Below are positions 49,601 through 63,100 of a stretch of DNA of 64,000 nucleotides, piece after piece (position 1 is the first letter of the stretch; each line of letters begins with the position of its first letter). The DNA comes from Tubulanus polymorphus (lineage: Eukaryota > Animalia > Nemertea). The translations under genes were made by a program, and so were the position numbers. The notes below the pieces were generated by a model that saw only the letters and a list, made by a program, of their open reading frames with translations, was not told the DNA's origin and ran no database searches. Where the stretch lies: contig NC_134029.1 in assembly GCF_964204645.1 (NCBI RefSeq), forward strand, positions 15,990,950-16,054,949, written 5' to 3'.

Positions 49601-51490
49601 GGTTTTATCGCCTGCGACAATTCAATATTTTGGTTTTATCGCCCGCGATAATTCATTATTTTGGTTTTGTCGCCTGAGAAAATTCATTATTTTTGTTTTA
49701 TCGCCCGCGACAATTCATAATTACGGTTTTATCGCCCGCGACAATTCATTATTTTGGTTTTGTCACCCGCGACAATTCATTATTACGGTTTTGTCGCCTG
49801 CGACAATTCATTATTTTGGTTTTATCGCCAGCGACAATTCATTATTTTGGTTTTATCGCCCGTGACAATTCATTATTTTGGTTTTATCGCCCGCGACAAT
49901 TCATTATTTTGGTTTTATCGCCCGCGACAATTCATTATTTTGGTTTTATCGCCTCGACAATTCTTTTTTTGGTTTTGTCGCCCGCGACAATTCATTAGTT
50001 TGGTTTTGTCGCCCGTGACAATTCAATATTTTGGTTTTGTCGACCGCGACAATTCATTATTTTGGTTTTATCGCCGGCGACAATTCATTATTTTGGTTTT
50101 GTCGCCTGGACAATTCACCATTTTGGTTTTGTCACCTGCGACAATTCATTATTTTGGTTTTGTGGCCCCGACAATTCTTTTTTTGGTTTTGTCGCCCACA
50201 ACAATTCATAAGTTTGGTTTTGTCGCCCGCGACAATCAATATTTTGGTTTTATCGCCCACGACAATTCATTACTTTGGTTTTATCTCCAGCGACAATTCA
50301 TTATTTTGGTTTTGTCGCCCACGACAATTCATTTTTTTGGTTTTGTCGCCCGAGTCAATTCATTATTTTGGTTTTATCGCCCGCGACAATTCATTATTTT
50401 GGTTTTATCGCCCGCAACAATTCATTAGTTTGGTTTTGTCACCTGCGACAATTCAAGATTTTGGTTTTGTCGCCCGAGTCAATTCATTATTTTGGTTTTA
50501 TCGCCCGCGACAATTCATTATTTTGGTTTTATCGCCCGCAACAATTCATTAGTTTGGTTTTGTCGCCCGCGACAATTCATTAGTTTGGTTTTGTCGCCCG
50601 CGACAATCAATATTTCGGTTTTATAGCCCACGACAATTCATTACTTTGGTTTTATCTCCAGCGACAATTCATTAGTTTTGTCGCCTCGACAATTCTTTTT
50701 TTGGTTTTGTCGCCCGCGACAATTCATTAGTTTGGTTTTGTCGCCCGCGACAATTCAATATTTTGGTTTTATCGCCTGCGACAATTCAATATTTTGGTTT
50801 TATCGCCCGCGATAATTCATTATTTTGGTTTTGTCGCCTGAGAAAATTCATTATTTTTGTTTTATCGCCCGCGACAATTCATAATTACGGTTTTATCGCC
50901 CGCGACAATTCATTATTTTGGTTTTGTCGCCCGCGACAATTCATTATTACGGTTTTGTCGCCTGCGACAATTCATTATTTTGGTTTTATCGCCAGCGACA
51001 ATTCATTATTTTGGTTTTATCGCCCGTGACAATTCATTATTTTGGTTTTATCGCCCGCGACAATTCATTATTTTGGTTTTATCGCCCGCGACAATTCATT
51101 ATTTTGGTTTTATCGCCTCGACAATTCTTTTTTTGGTTTTGTCCCCCGCGACAATTCATTATTTTGGTTTTATCGCCGCGACAATTCAATATTTTGGTTT
51201 TAACGCCCGCGACAATTCATTATTGTGGTTTTATCGCCCGCGACAATTCATTATTTTGGTTTTATCGCCCGCGACAATTCATTATTTTTGTTTTGTCGCC
51301 GGTGACAATTCAATATTTTGGTTTTGTCACCCGCGACAATTCATAATTTTGGTTTTATCGCCCGCGATAATTCATTATTTTGGTTTTATCGCCCGCGACA
51401 ATTCATTATTTTTGTTTTGTCGCCCGTGACAATTCAATATTTTGGTTTTGTCACCCGCGACAATTCATAATTTTGGTTTTGTCCCCGTGG
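46620..51490 (+). repeat. 31-bp satellite (GACAATTCATTATTTTGGTTTTATCGCCCGC)n, ~4.9 kb, inside HINE A
   Basis: Direct tandem repeat with variant monomers and higher-order duplications. Confidence 0.97.
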
Positions 51491-52624
51491 TTTTGTCGGA
51501 ATATTAAGTTTTTTGGTCGAACAGTGTGTTAAGGTCGTTTTGGAAATTTACTCGGTCTGGTATATTTTGGATACAATCCGTCTGATATCATTCAGCTCAC
51601 TTCGATCTACAAATAACCCGTGCGTATTTTGAAGAATCATCGTTACAAAAGCACTGTCGGGCCATAAACATCGAAAATTGAGCCCCATTCAAAGAGCCGA
51701 CATGTTTTTCTAAGTCCTCTTTCCGAAATCTACCGCACGTTTCTTGTCACATCAATTATCAATTCAAGCATAAATTAACAAATTTATTACCCAAAGATTG
51801 CACATTCTGTCGCGGTTTTTAAAAACTAATTTTAACAATAGCCCATTGTCTTCATAAAATCATATTACCGATATACAGGAAATTTACTACTTTAGATTTT
51901 AAAAGCACTGTCGAGCTGTAAACATCGACGAATCGACGTGTGTCACTACATCGTCGTTCCGCGGATCAGCTGCGAGTTTCACCTCATCATGAGAATCAAA
52001 TCGAGTACAAATTAATTTATTAGGGTTTTCTGTTTCTTCACAGAAAACCCTATTGAAATTCGCGTGATTATTATTATTTTTTTTTCCCTTTTCCACATAG
52101 TTTTTGTTAAAAGTGTAAAGGCTTCCTTACCTTACCGCTGTCGCCGATACAATCCGTATGATGTCCTTCAGCTCACTTCAATCTCCAGATACTGCATGGG
52201 AATTTTGATAAATCCACGTTATAAAGGCACTGTCGAGCCGTAAACATCGGAAATTTGGCTCCATTCAATTAGTAGCCATGTTGTGTTTTCTTACCGATAT
52301 TTCTCTCTTCTTTTCGAGGAAGAGCTATCGAATTATTCCCTCTCTTCTCCACAATCAATTTCAAAGTTAATTTTATGAATTTATTGCTCAGCGGGTCCGA
52401 GTCCAAGAGTTTACGAGTCCGGCGTTCGCGTGTCTGACAGGTTTACGGGCATTTGTTTGTTACCTCTTTAATATTTTTGATTTCTTGTTATTCCGGTTAT
52501 TTTATTTAAGTATATTGCTGATCAGTTCATGTAACCAAAAGCGTCAATAAACAGACTTTGAAATGATCAAGTTTAAATCAAGGTCGTTGAGTCGCGGAAG
52601 GCTACTAGAATTACGTTCGTCTCA

Positions 52625-54704
52625 GGCAAAAGGTAGAAAGTTTCTTTTGTCGAATGTCGTATAGCGCCGCCGCGGTCGAAAATCGAACTAATCTGTCAAG
52701 TCGATAATTTTCTAAGTGAGAAGACGCCGCGTTCAGTTCGCGGTACACTGTACGTACAGTTTTTCGATACACTGCTATTCAACAAATTTGTTTTCAAGTT
52801 GAAGTTCACAGCGCGCTATTCAGTTTTCAGAAGTAGAGGGCTAAAATAACATCATTCGTAAGATCTCAGATTGAATATTTTCATCTGATTCAGAGCTCAG
52901 TTCATTGTATAAAATGTGTTATTTCATGTATTAGACAGTTACTTCTATTACTCTGACAGGAGTTTTTATGTCATAATTTTTTTACCTCACTCATGTGTAA
53001 CTCAATTATAGCAGAGTTGATAGTTTAATTATCAATTATTAATTTATAAATAAATTAGTATTATTAATCTAATTATTGGATTGATTATTATTAAGAGATA
53101 TGACATAATAAACATATATATAATGCACAGATATGGATGTTATATATAATGCAAAGATATGGATGTTATAATGATAATGTGTTTCTACTCGCATAGAAAT
53201 GAGACTAAAGTTTTCCTGTTTGGATATTCTAAAAGCTTATAAGTCCTTTACCAAGGATATGAATGGTTTGTGATGATATTATGTTAACTAAATTCATTTG
53301 TTGGTTGAACGATTTCAATTAATATCGCAATATTTAGCATTCGTGATATAATTAATATGATAGAGATATGGCCATTTGTCTATTGTTTATGTTAGCAAAA
53401 GATTGCATTTGATATAGAAGGCTTTAAAATGTTTTGATGTATGGTTGAGATTTTCAAAATAAATGTTATGCTTACATGAGATAATTGGAACTAGATGTTT
53501 TATTTCATTTTTATCAAGTATCGATGGATGAGAAGTCTTTCGACGATGTGCAGTTAGGCCATTAGAGTTTGCCTTAAAATACTTTACTCTCAGTCTAAGC
53601 TGAATTTAATTCATACCGCCGTTACAGTACCATAAAATTCACACAAAATCTTTAGCGTCATTGGAATAGGACGTCCCCTGTTTCACATCCGGCAGGTGTG
53701 TTGACGGAGTTTAATAAGGTACACCAAATCTATTAAAACGATCGCTATTTCAAAATCAAATCATCCCGAAGAAATTGGGGATTCGAACCTATCGGATATA
53801 TACTGGTACTCGGCGTCTTTCCACTTAACAAAACATCGTCAATAACATTAGTTCTTATTATTGCTAAGTAGCGGCGCTACCGGTACTGTCGAATCTGTAT
53901 GTAAGCGAAAAACACAAATCCCCTTGGTTATTGTATATAAAGAAAATATTTGACGACATTGGCTTATCTTACATATGGTTACAGCAATACACGGAAAATT
54001 ATAAAACGCTCTCCAAGTACGTGAAACAAGTCCTCCGTGACCAACACGTACAAGAAATGCTTCAAAAAGTGAATGACGATCAGCAGTATGTTAATTTCAA
54101 ACTATCTAAGAACGATGTTAGGCTTGAAAAATATATAACTCAACTTGACGGAAGTCTTGTGCATAGCTTATTCGAATTCAGAATTGGTTCCTATTTATTA
54201 CCGGTAAATAATCGATCGAACGCTCATAGACCGAAGTGAAAGACTGTGCCCTGCCTGTAACACCGTAGGAGATGAGCTTCACTTCATTTATGACTGCACT
54301 TTGCTAAGTGATCTGCGTGATAATTCCATCCATTTAAGTATGTCCAGAAACTTGGAAATATTAAGGAATCCTACCCCACAATTAGCTAAATTTATCCAGT
54401 TAGGTTTAAGTTTATACAAATCCCTCCAGTGAATTGTGATATATCTTGCTGTATATAATTCAATCTCTGTACTTGCTTTGTTTGTAAATAGTTTTATTAC
54501 TGAAAGTTTGATATTAAATTTTGTTAATTCCTATTTTGTTTTGTATATATGTATATAATTCTGTTCATGTTTTGTAAATTTTTATATTCCATATTTTGTA
54601 TTCAATCTTGCCTCCACGTACCATTCTTATGGTTGGAGTGAAATAAATATCTTATCTTATCTTATCTTATCTTATCGGACATTAGAAACTTTCTACCTTT
54701 TGCC
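52625..54704. mobile_element. Non-autonomous DNA transposon (Merlin- or MULE-like)
   Basis: 21-bp perfect TIR GGCAAAAGGTAGAAAGTTTCT; 9-bp TSD TTCGTCTCA (52616-52624 and 54705-54713). Confidence 0.8.
53897..54676 (+). mobile_element. 3' end of a non-LTR retrotransposon (5'-truncated LINE)
   Basis: FRIGSYLLPV...RLCPACNTVGDELHFIYDC CCHC domain, 3' UTR, AATAAA and (TCTTA)5 tail. Confidence 0.78.
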
Positions 54705-54922
54705 TTCGTCTCAGAGAGAAAACAAACGACAGAAAAGTATCAGGTGATTATCGATAGCCTACAACGGTACACACAGTTGACAAACAGTGTTAGGCCTGCG
54801 CCGGTTGGTGCGTACTGGGACTAAATATACTGGTTGGTCAGTTGGTTCGGTTGTGAAGTGTGGAAGCTAAGATTATAAGAAAGCCTACCGGTATTTATTT
54901 GTCTATAGGCCTATTATATAGA

Positions 54923-55500
54923 AGCCAATACCATTTTAAGTACGTAGTTGTTAACCGCACGTGACTGTACGGTGATCTCCACAGGTTAACCGCGTACGTG
55001 AGGTCCCTACTAAGTCTATAATGCCAATCGTGAGTTCCTAGTAGCCAATACCATTTTAAGTACGAAACTGTAACGTGTACGTGACTGTACGGTGATATCC
55101 ACAGGTTAACCGTACGTGAGTTCCCTACTTACGCCGTACGTGAGTTCCTAGTAGCCGATACCATTTTAAGTACGAAATTGTAACGCGTACGTGACTGTAC
55201 GGTGATATCCACAGGTTAACCGTACGTGAGTTCCCTAAAAACGCTGTACGTGAGTTCCTATAATCTGCAAACGCGCATGCGTAAAAGAATAGAGTTTGGG
55301 TTAGGTGAGGCTAGGCTATTTGTAAATCAAATTTCATCCACCCACCAGTTACGTTCTGTGGCACAGTGGGTAAATCACTGGACTACTACTGGATTTTTTT
55401 TTCGTTTGGTTTCGAATCCCAATATTGCAAGTCTGAGCGTCAACGTACTCACATATGGCTAACCTGTAGAAATCACCGTACAGTCACGTACAGGTAACAA
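54923..55500. repeat. ~110-120-bp tandem repeat x3 plus one inverted partial copy, with a tRNA-like segment between
   Basis: gccaataccattttaagtacg...cgtgactgtacggtgatatccacaggttaacc; inverted copy at 55455-55490; box A/B-like at 55359-55420. Confidence 0.7.
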
Positions 55501-56549
55501 CAGCGTTTTAAGTATTAAGTGAGTACGACAAGCCTACCATGCCTATGTTCTACAAACACAACTTTTTCCCTCTCGTCGGCCCTACAGTGATGTTACTATA
55601 ACTGGTGCCATTATAATATGGATAGGATTTGGTCAGGACTAGCCTAAAGTCTAATTCAGTCTATGTACTTATTCACTCCATAGGCCTATTTTTAAAACAA
55701 TACAGTGAAATACTCACACGCAGAAAGGCTAATTGATTTGAGCTATGTGATTAAGTTTGGCCAGGCCTTCTCTGACCTGCTGACATTAATAGTCAAACCA
55801 AAACGTCCATGTGGTCACGGCTTGTATTACCAGAAATCATTGTAGGCCTGTACATTTTGCTGTTCGTAGGTTTGGTATACCGATTTCTCCATTCTTGACT
55901 GATAAGTGTACGGTACAGCTGTACGCATTATATAATTGTTCCAATGGGAATAGGGCCTATTGATTGGGCTTATTATTTCCTGCTTTAGAGTACTGAAATA
56001 AACCTAATGTTCATTCAAATATCCAACATCGGTGAAAGTTTGATTAATACTGTATACATGTACTGTAGGTTTTCATGTTGTATGAATATTTTGCAGTTCA
56101 AATGGGTATGATGCTAAATTCCAATGTCAAACGCATGAAGTTAGATGGTCAAGGACAGTCAACACCAAGATATCTCTCTTCGACCGATGTTGTACCATAG
56201 AAGATCTGATTCTTTCAACTCAAGGAAAGTGATTCAACACGATCGACATAACACTGGAATAGGTTTGCAGTAACTAACCGTTCATTTCATTTAGTCCTAT
56301 GTACTTTTTAGCCAATTTGGATTTGATTGTAATTGAAACTCTGGAACTGTTAACAAAAGACAAGTAAGACAAGTTGAAAAAACACAAGTTATGCTTGATT
56401 CTCATGTTCAAATTTAATTCAAATTTATTTTATTACATCATATTTACAAAGCATATCATTGGTTCATACAGTAATAAAAATTAGGGCAGAACAAATATTA
56501 TTACAGAAACTCCAAAAAGGCAATGAATTTCTATGACTAAATGAACATT

Positions 56550-57110
56550 ATTTTTAGCCCACTTGGGACTTTAGTCCCAGCGGGCTATTGCGTTCACTTT
56601 TCGTCCGTCGTCCGTCCGTAGACGGAAATCAGTTATTTTAGGAAGTTTTGAAGACGCTTCAATGTAATGTCTTGATATTTGGGTTTCACATGTATCTACC
56701 CTAGATTCATCTTCAGCTCAAAAACTGGCCCTGTCAGAATCAAGATGGCCGACTGGCAGCCATTGTTGTTTGCCAAAATCAACACTTTTTACACATTTTT
56801 GAACTTTTTGAGGGAAATTTTGAAGATGCTTTGATCAATTACCTTGATCTTTCCGATATATGTGAATGCCCCTGGGCCCATCAGCATAACAAAAATTGGG
56901 ATACGGACTCAAGATGGCCGTCCTATGACCTTTTTTAGTGCCCAAAAATGTCAATTTTGGCCCGAATTCTGAGTTTGCCATTTCTCATTGCAATTTGTGA
57001 TGGGTATTCTTTGAAAAGGGATGTTTTATACCTTTGATACCTGAATTGTTAGATTGTTGAGCATTTGGAACCACTTCCCAAGTGGGCATGGTGTCCCTGG
57101 ACCCCTAGTT
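56550..57110 (+). mobile_element. HINE family C, complete short copy
   Basis: 5' gcccacttgggac-ttta-gtcccagcgggc stem-loop; (gtcc)n microsatellite; 3' subTIR tcccaagtgggc plus terminal hairpin ending ctagtt. Confidence 0.82.
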
Positions 57111-58822
57111 CTAATAACTCAAGAGTGACTCTCCCGTTTATTAGGAAACACACGCAACTAGTGGAATAGGTTTGATTTACACACATGTTGCAGGTATCAA
57201 TTGTTTATCACTGTAGAATGTGTAATCCATAAAAGCCAAAATCAACATCAGCCGGAAACCCAGACCAAATAAATCCATAATTTATTGATTGAATCTACAC
57301 TACAATATATGTATTTATTCAAATATTTCAATAAAAACATTAACTTCTTAAATCTAATCTATTCTAAATCATAATACGTTATTATCTGTGCATTCACTCA
57401 ATCTATCGGCTCAGCAGGTGCTTAAGATGAGTTCTTAATAGGACAGATCCATTTTTAAGGATGGTGATAATACAGTATCATGATGTTTGAATGCCAAAAT
57501 AAGTGCCTGGTCAAATATATTAATATTTGTGATTGTACGTCCACGTATGTTCGGTTTCAAAGCTGAATCATATTTGACGTTTACACAGTGGTTGCATATT
57601 AGGTTCGAATCTGTCAATGCATTTTATTCTATGTATCGATATTTCAATTTACTACAATTCCCATCATTCTGAATGGCTTTACAGAAAACCCGTCATCGCT
57701 GCTTTGCAGCTATATTTACTACCAGTGATTTGGCTGCGGGCGTCATGCAGTTAGTTTAGCAATACCTATTTTTCTTTATCAAATTAACCGTGCATTTACT
57801 AAGATAAATGATAAGTGTACCGGGGAGTCGTAGGTCTAAACGAAACACGCCGAAGAGATATAGCGGAGAAAAGCTGTTATGTCGACGAGGTATCAAAATA
57901 AAATAATACATTACTTTATTCGGCCGCGGGCTTCAACCTCTTTATCAATACCATCAATACTCTATATTTCCTACAGTACATACCGATCATTGTCAAATGC
58001 ACAAGGTATTTACTAAATACAAGTATATAACACACTCCTTTCCGTATGCTGGAGTCACACTTCAAATTTGAGTAAGCGTTCGCTGTGGGGGAAAGGAGAT
58101 CGTTCGCTTTGTCGCTTGAAGTGTTTATCGAGTTTTACGTGGCTTTAGGCCTACCGGTATTGAGCTTAACTGTCTCAAACAAACACAGTATAATTGTTGC
58201 GTTTATTAACGGACTCATTGGATTGAACTTCAAAACAAAATTTTCGATATTTAGGAGGGTTGTTATTCAATAGGCCCACGACCAATCTGTCCGGATGTTA
58301 GGCCTACGCATATACATAGGCCTACATAGGCTAGTAGCCTCTACTAGGTTAAAGCTAAGTTCACTGTAAAGGAGGAATCAGATTTATTAAAGTGCATGTT
58401 AATTAGTGATTTACTGGTTCTGACTTGTTACGATCAATCACAATTATCAATTTTATTGACAAAAATGAAGATTTTTTTGAAAATTTCGTCCGAGCAGACA
58501 GCTTTATAAGCCAGACTTTTCATCATCAATGAAACTGGTATTTCTTTAATTCCTATGACTTAAGCCGGGGGTGGGTCGGGGTGGGTCGGCCTTGCGATGG
58601 CTTGTGACTCACTGCGAGGCCATTCACTGCGACCGCCAGCGACGATTGTGTCGCAACGACTCATCGACCTACGCTCCCTTGTGACAGGTTGTGACTGTCA
58701 GCAACGCCAGTGACAAGGAGTCACACGTGTTCTACTTTCTGCAACGCGACACGACTGTCACAACCGACCTACGTGCTCTTGCGACTGGCAGAAACTAGTC
58801 GCACACAGTCGCTGACAATCAT

Positions 58823-59440
58823 AGTTGTAGTTCATGACATCGTCTATGATTGTGGTGAGTTTTTAAGGACATTAATTATTCAATATAGTCACCAGGGGGC
58901 GTTGAATAGTAGAAAAGCTTAGTTTTTCCTTATTAGATTGGTACCTATGCATAGTTTGTTACCATGATCCATTGCAAAGTTGTAGATCATGACATCGTCT
59001 ATGATTGTGGTGAGTTTTTAAGGACATTAGTTATTCCATATAGTCACCAGGGGGCGTTGAATAGTAGAATGGCTTAGTATTTCCTTATTAGATTGGTACC
59101 TAGGCATATTTTGTTACTATGATCAATTGCAAAGTTGTATTTCATGACATGTACTACGATTGTGGTGAGTTTTAAGGTCATTGGGTTTTGCATATGGTCA
59201 CCAGGGGCGTTGAATAGTAGAATAACTTAGTATTTCCATATTAAATTGGTAACGAGGCATATTTTGTTATCACAATCAATTACAAAATCATAGCTGCTCA
59301 CATGTTCTATGATTGTGGTGGGTTTCAAGGTCATTGGTTTTTGTATATGGTCACTAGAGGGCGTTATGTATTGAAATTGTTAGATTGTTGAGCATTTGAA
59401 ACCACTTCCCAAGTGAGCATGGTGTCCCTGGACCCCTAGG
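58823..59440 (+). repeat. ~155-bp tandem repeat (about 3.5 units) ending in a HINE C 3' end
   Basis: Units start at 58823, 58978 and 59133; terminus ttcccaagtgagcatggtgtccctggacccctag. Confidence 0.85.
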
Positions 59441-59735
59441 TTGGTTTTGTCTCCCGCGACAATTCATTATTCTGGTTTTGTCGCACGCAACAATTCAATA
59501 TTTTGTTTTTGTCGTCCGCGACAATTCATTATTTCGGTTTTATCGCCGCGACAATTCAATATTTTGGTTTTAACGCACGCGACAATTTATTATTCTGGTT
59601 TTATCGCGCGCGACAATTCATTATTTTGGGTTTATCGCCCGCGACAATTCATTATTTTTGTTTTGTCGCCCGTGACAATTCAATATTATGGTTTTGTCAC
59701 CTGCGACAATTCATAATTTTGGTTTTGTCCCCGTG
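59441..59735 (+). repeat. 31-bp satellite, short array
   Basis: Same monomer as 46620-51490. Confidence 0.92.
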
Positions 59736-60119
59736 GTTTTGTCGGAACATTAAGTTTTTTGGTCGAACAGTGTGTTAAGGTCGTTTTGGAAATTTACTCG
59801 GTCAGGTATATGTTGGATTACTGTGTATGCCATTTGTCAGGACAATAAACAGAAGACAACTCAGGATACTGCCATGCGTGACTCCACTAGTTAGATCGAC
59901 TTATTCCAAGATGAGGTGTTCCGTTGATTTCGGCTACAAGTTTTCGTTCAGAGATAACTGCTGAGCCATTTGAGCGACCTATCATGGATACTGTTTCCTA
60001 ATAGCCTGTTTAGTAATGGTTGATGTTGTGCATTATCAAATGCTTCGTCGAAATCCACCGTTGAACAGAATTCTAAGACTGTGCAGAAAACCCGTTATCG
60101 CTGCTTTGCAGCTATATTT

Positions 60120-63100
60120 ATTATTATTTTCTTCCACACTATTTTTACCAAAAGAACATCGGCTTTGTTACCTTACCGCTGTTTCATATACAATCCATAT
60201 AATATCGTTCAGCTCACTGAGATCTACAAATAGCCTGCGTGTTTTTTCACGAATCATCGTTACAAAAGCGCTGTCGGGCTGTAAACATCGAAAATTTAGC
60301 CCCATTCAATGGGGCGACATGTTTTTCGAGTCGTCATCCCGAAATCAACCCGCAGGCCGACTGTAACTTCGATTATCAATTCAAGTATAAATGAACTAAT
60401 TTATTGCCGCAGACTTCACATTCAGTCGCGGTCTTCAAACAGTGATTTTAACAATAGCCCATTTTTCTCATCAAATCATATTACCGATACACTGGAAATT
60501 TACTACTTTAGATTTTTAAAAGCACTGTCGAGCCGTAAACATCGACGAATCGACGGGTGTTACTACATCAACGTTCCGGGGATGAGCTGCGAGTTTCTCC
60601 TCATCATGAGAATCAAATCGAATACAAATTTATTTATTACTACCAGTGATTTGGCTGCGGGTTTCAAGGAGTTAGCTTAACAATACCTATTTTTCTTTAC
60701 CGAATTAACCGTGTATTTACTAAGATAAATCTTTAGTGTACCGGGAAATCGTAGGCCTAAACTAAACAGGCCGAAGAGATATGGCGGAGAAAAGCTGTTA
60801 TGTCGACGAGGTATCAAAATAAAAGAATATATTACTTTATTCGGCCGCGGGCTTCAACCATTTATCAATACTCTATATTTCCTACAGTACATACCGATCA
60901 TTGTCAAATGCACAAGGTATTTACTAAATACAAGTATATAACACACTCCTATCCGTATGCTGGACTCACACTTGACATTCGGAGTAAGCGTTCGCTGTGG
61001 GGGAAAGGAGATCGTTCGCTGTGTCGCTTGAAGTGTTTATCGAGTTTTACGCGACCTTAAGGCTTTAGTATGGTGGCTGATAAGATAAAAAAAACACGAA
61101 TATGCAAATGAGGGCGACATTACGACAAAACGACAAAACTAAAATAACGCGAGAAAACAAGGATTTTGATATTGTCGCCCGCGACAATTCATTATTTTGG
61201 TTTTGTCACACGCGACAATTCAATATTTTGGTTTTATCGCCCGCGACAATTCATTATTTTGGTTTTATCGCTTGCGACAATTCATTATTTTGGTTTTGTC
61301 GCCCGCGAAAATTCAATATTGTGGTTTTATCGCCCACGACAATTCACTACTTTGGTTTTATCGCCAGCGACAATTCATTATTTTGGTTTTGTCGCCCGCG
61401 ACAATTCATTTTGGTTTTATATTTTGTTTTTGTCGCCCGCGACAATTTTTTTTTAATGTTTTGTCACCCGCGACAATTCAATATTTTGGTTTTATCGCCT
61501 GCGACAATTCAATATTTTGGTTTTATCGCCCGCGATAATTCATTATTTTGGTTTTTTGTCGCCCGAGACAATTCATCATTTTGGTTTTATCGCCGGCGAC
61601 ATTTCATTATTACGGTTTTATCGCCGGCGACAATTCATTATTTTTGTTTTGTCGCCCTCGACAATTCATCATTTTGGTTTTATCGCCCGCGACAATTAAT
61701 CATTTTGGTTTTGTCGCCCGCGACAATTCACCATTTTGGTTTTGTCGCACGCGCAATTCACCATTTTGGTTTTGTCACCCGCGACAATTCATTATTTTGG
61801 TTTTATCGCCCGTGACAATTCATCATTTTGGTTTTATCGCCCGCGACAATTAATCATTTTGGTTTTGTCGCCCGCGACAATTCACCATTTTGGTTTTGTC
61901 GCACGCGCAATTCACCATTTTGGTTTTGTCACCCGCGACAATTCAATATTTTGGTTTTATCGCCCGCGATAATTCATTATTTTGGTTTTTTGTCGCCCGA
62001 GACAATTCATTATTTTGGTTTAATCGCCCGCGACAATTCATTATTTTGGTTTTATCGCCCGCGATAATTCATTATTTTGGTTTTATCGCCCGCGACAATT
62101 CATCATTTTGGTTTTATCGCCCGCGACAATTAATCATTTTGGTTTTGTCGCCCGCGACAATTCACCATTTTGGTTTTGTCGCACGCGCAATTCACCATTT
62201 TGGTTTTGTCACCCGCGACAATTCATTATTTTGGTTTTATCGCCCGTGACAATTCATTATTTTGGTTTTATCGCCGCGACAATTCTTTTTTTGGTTTTGT
62301 CGCTGCGACAATTCATTAGTCTGGTTTTGTCGCCCGCGACAATTCATTAGTCTGGTTTTGTCGCCCGCGACAATTCAATATTTTGGTATTGTTGCCCGCG
62401 ACAATTAAATATTTTGGTTTTGTCGCCTGCGACAATTCATTATTTTGGTTTTATATTTTGTTTTAGTCGCCCGCGACAATTTTTTTTCGGTTTTATCGCC
62501 CGCGACAATTCAATATTTTGGTTTTGTCGCCCGCGACAATTCAATATTTTTTGGTTTTGTCGCCTGCGACAATTCATTACTTTCGTTTTATCTCCAGCGA
62601 CAATTCATTATTTTGGTTTTGTCGCCCGCGACAATTCATTATTTTGGTTTTATATTTTGTTTTAGTCGCCCGCGACAAGTTTTTTTTTGGTTTTGTCGCC
62701 CGCGACAATTCAATATTTTGGTTTTGTCGCCCGTGACAATTCATTATTTTGGTTTAATCGCCCGCGACAATTCAATATTTTGGTTTTATAGCCCGCGATA
62801 ATCCATTATTTTGGTTTTGTCGCTGCGACAATTCACCATTTTGGTTTTGTCACCCGCGACAATTCATTATTTTGGTTTTATCGCCCGCGACAATTCATTA
62901 TTTTGGTTTTATTGCCCGCGACAATTCATTATTTCGGTTTTGTCTGCCCGACAATTATTTTTTTGGTTTTGTCGCCCGCGACAATTCAATATTTTGGTTT
63001 TGTCGCCCGCGACAATTCAATATTTATGTTTTGTCGCCCGCGACAATTCAATATTTTGGTTTTATCGCCCACGACAATTCATTACTTTGGTTTTATCTCC

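Larger units (their letters stand above)
52019..57715 (+). mobile_element. Related HINE (subfamily B, 5.7 kb) nested in HINE A
   Basis: 5' tagggttttctg...cagaaaacccta at 52022; 3' cagaaaacccgtcatcgctgctttgcagc at 57682-57710; flanks rejoin as caaattaatttat/tactaccagtg, matching 3465-3490. Confidence 0.75.
45456..60119 (+). mobile_element. Composite, nested HINE family A array
   Basis: Triplicated 5' stem-loop (54-bp period at 45460, 45514, 45568); body homologous to 2896-5584; 3' end cagaaaacccgttatcgctgctttgcagc at 60084-60112. Confidence 0.75.

Noticed and set aside
46620-51490. CRISPR-like array (31-bp repeats)
   Set aside because: Repeats are contiguous with no unique spacers, there are no cas genes, and the context is eukaryotic.
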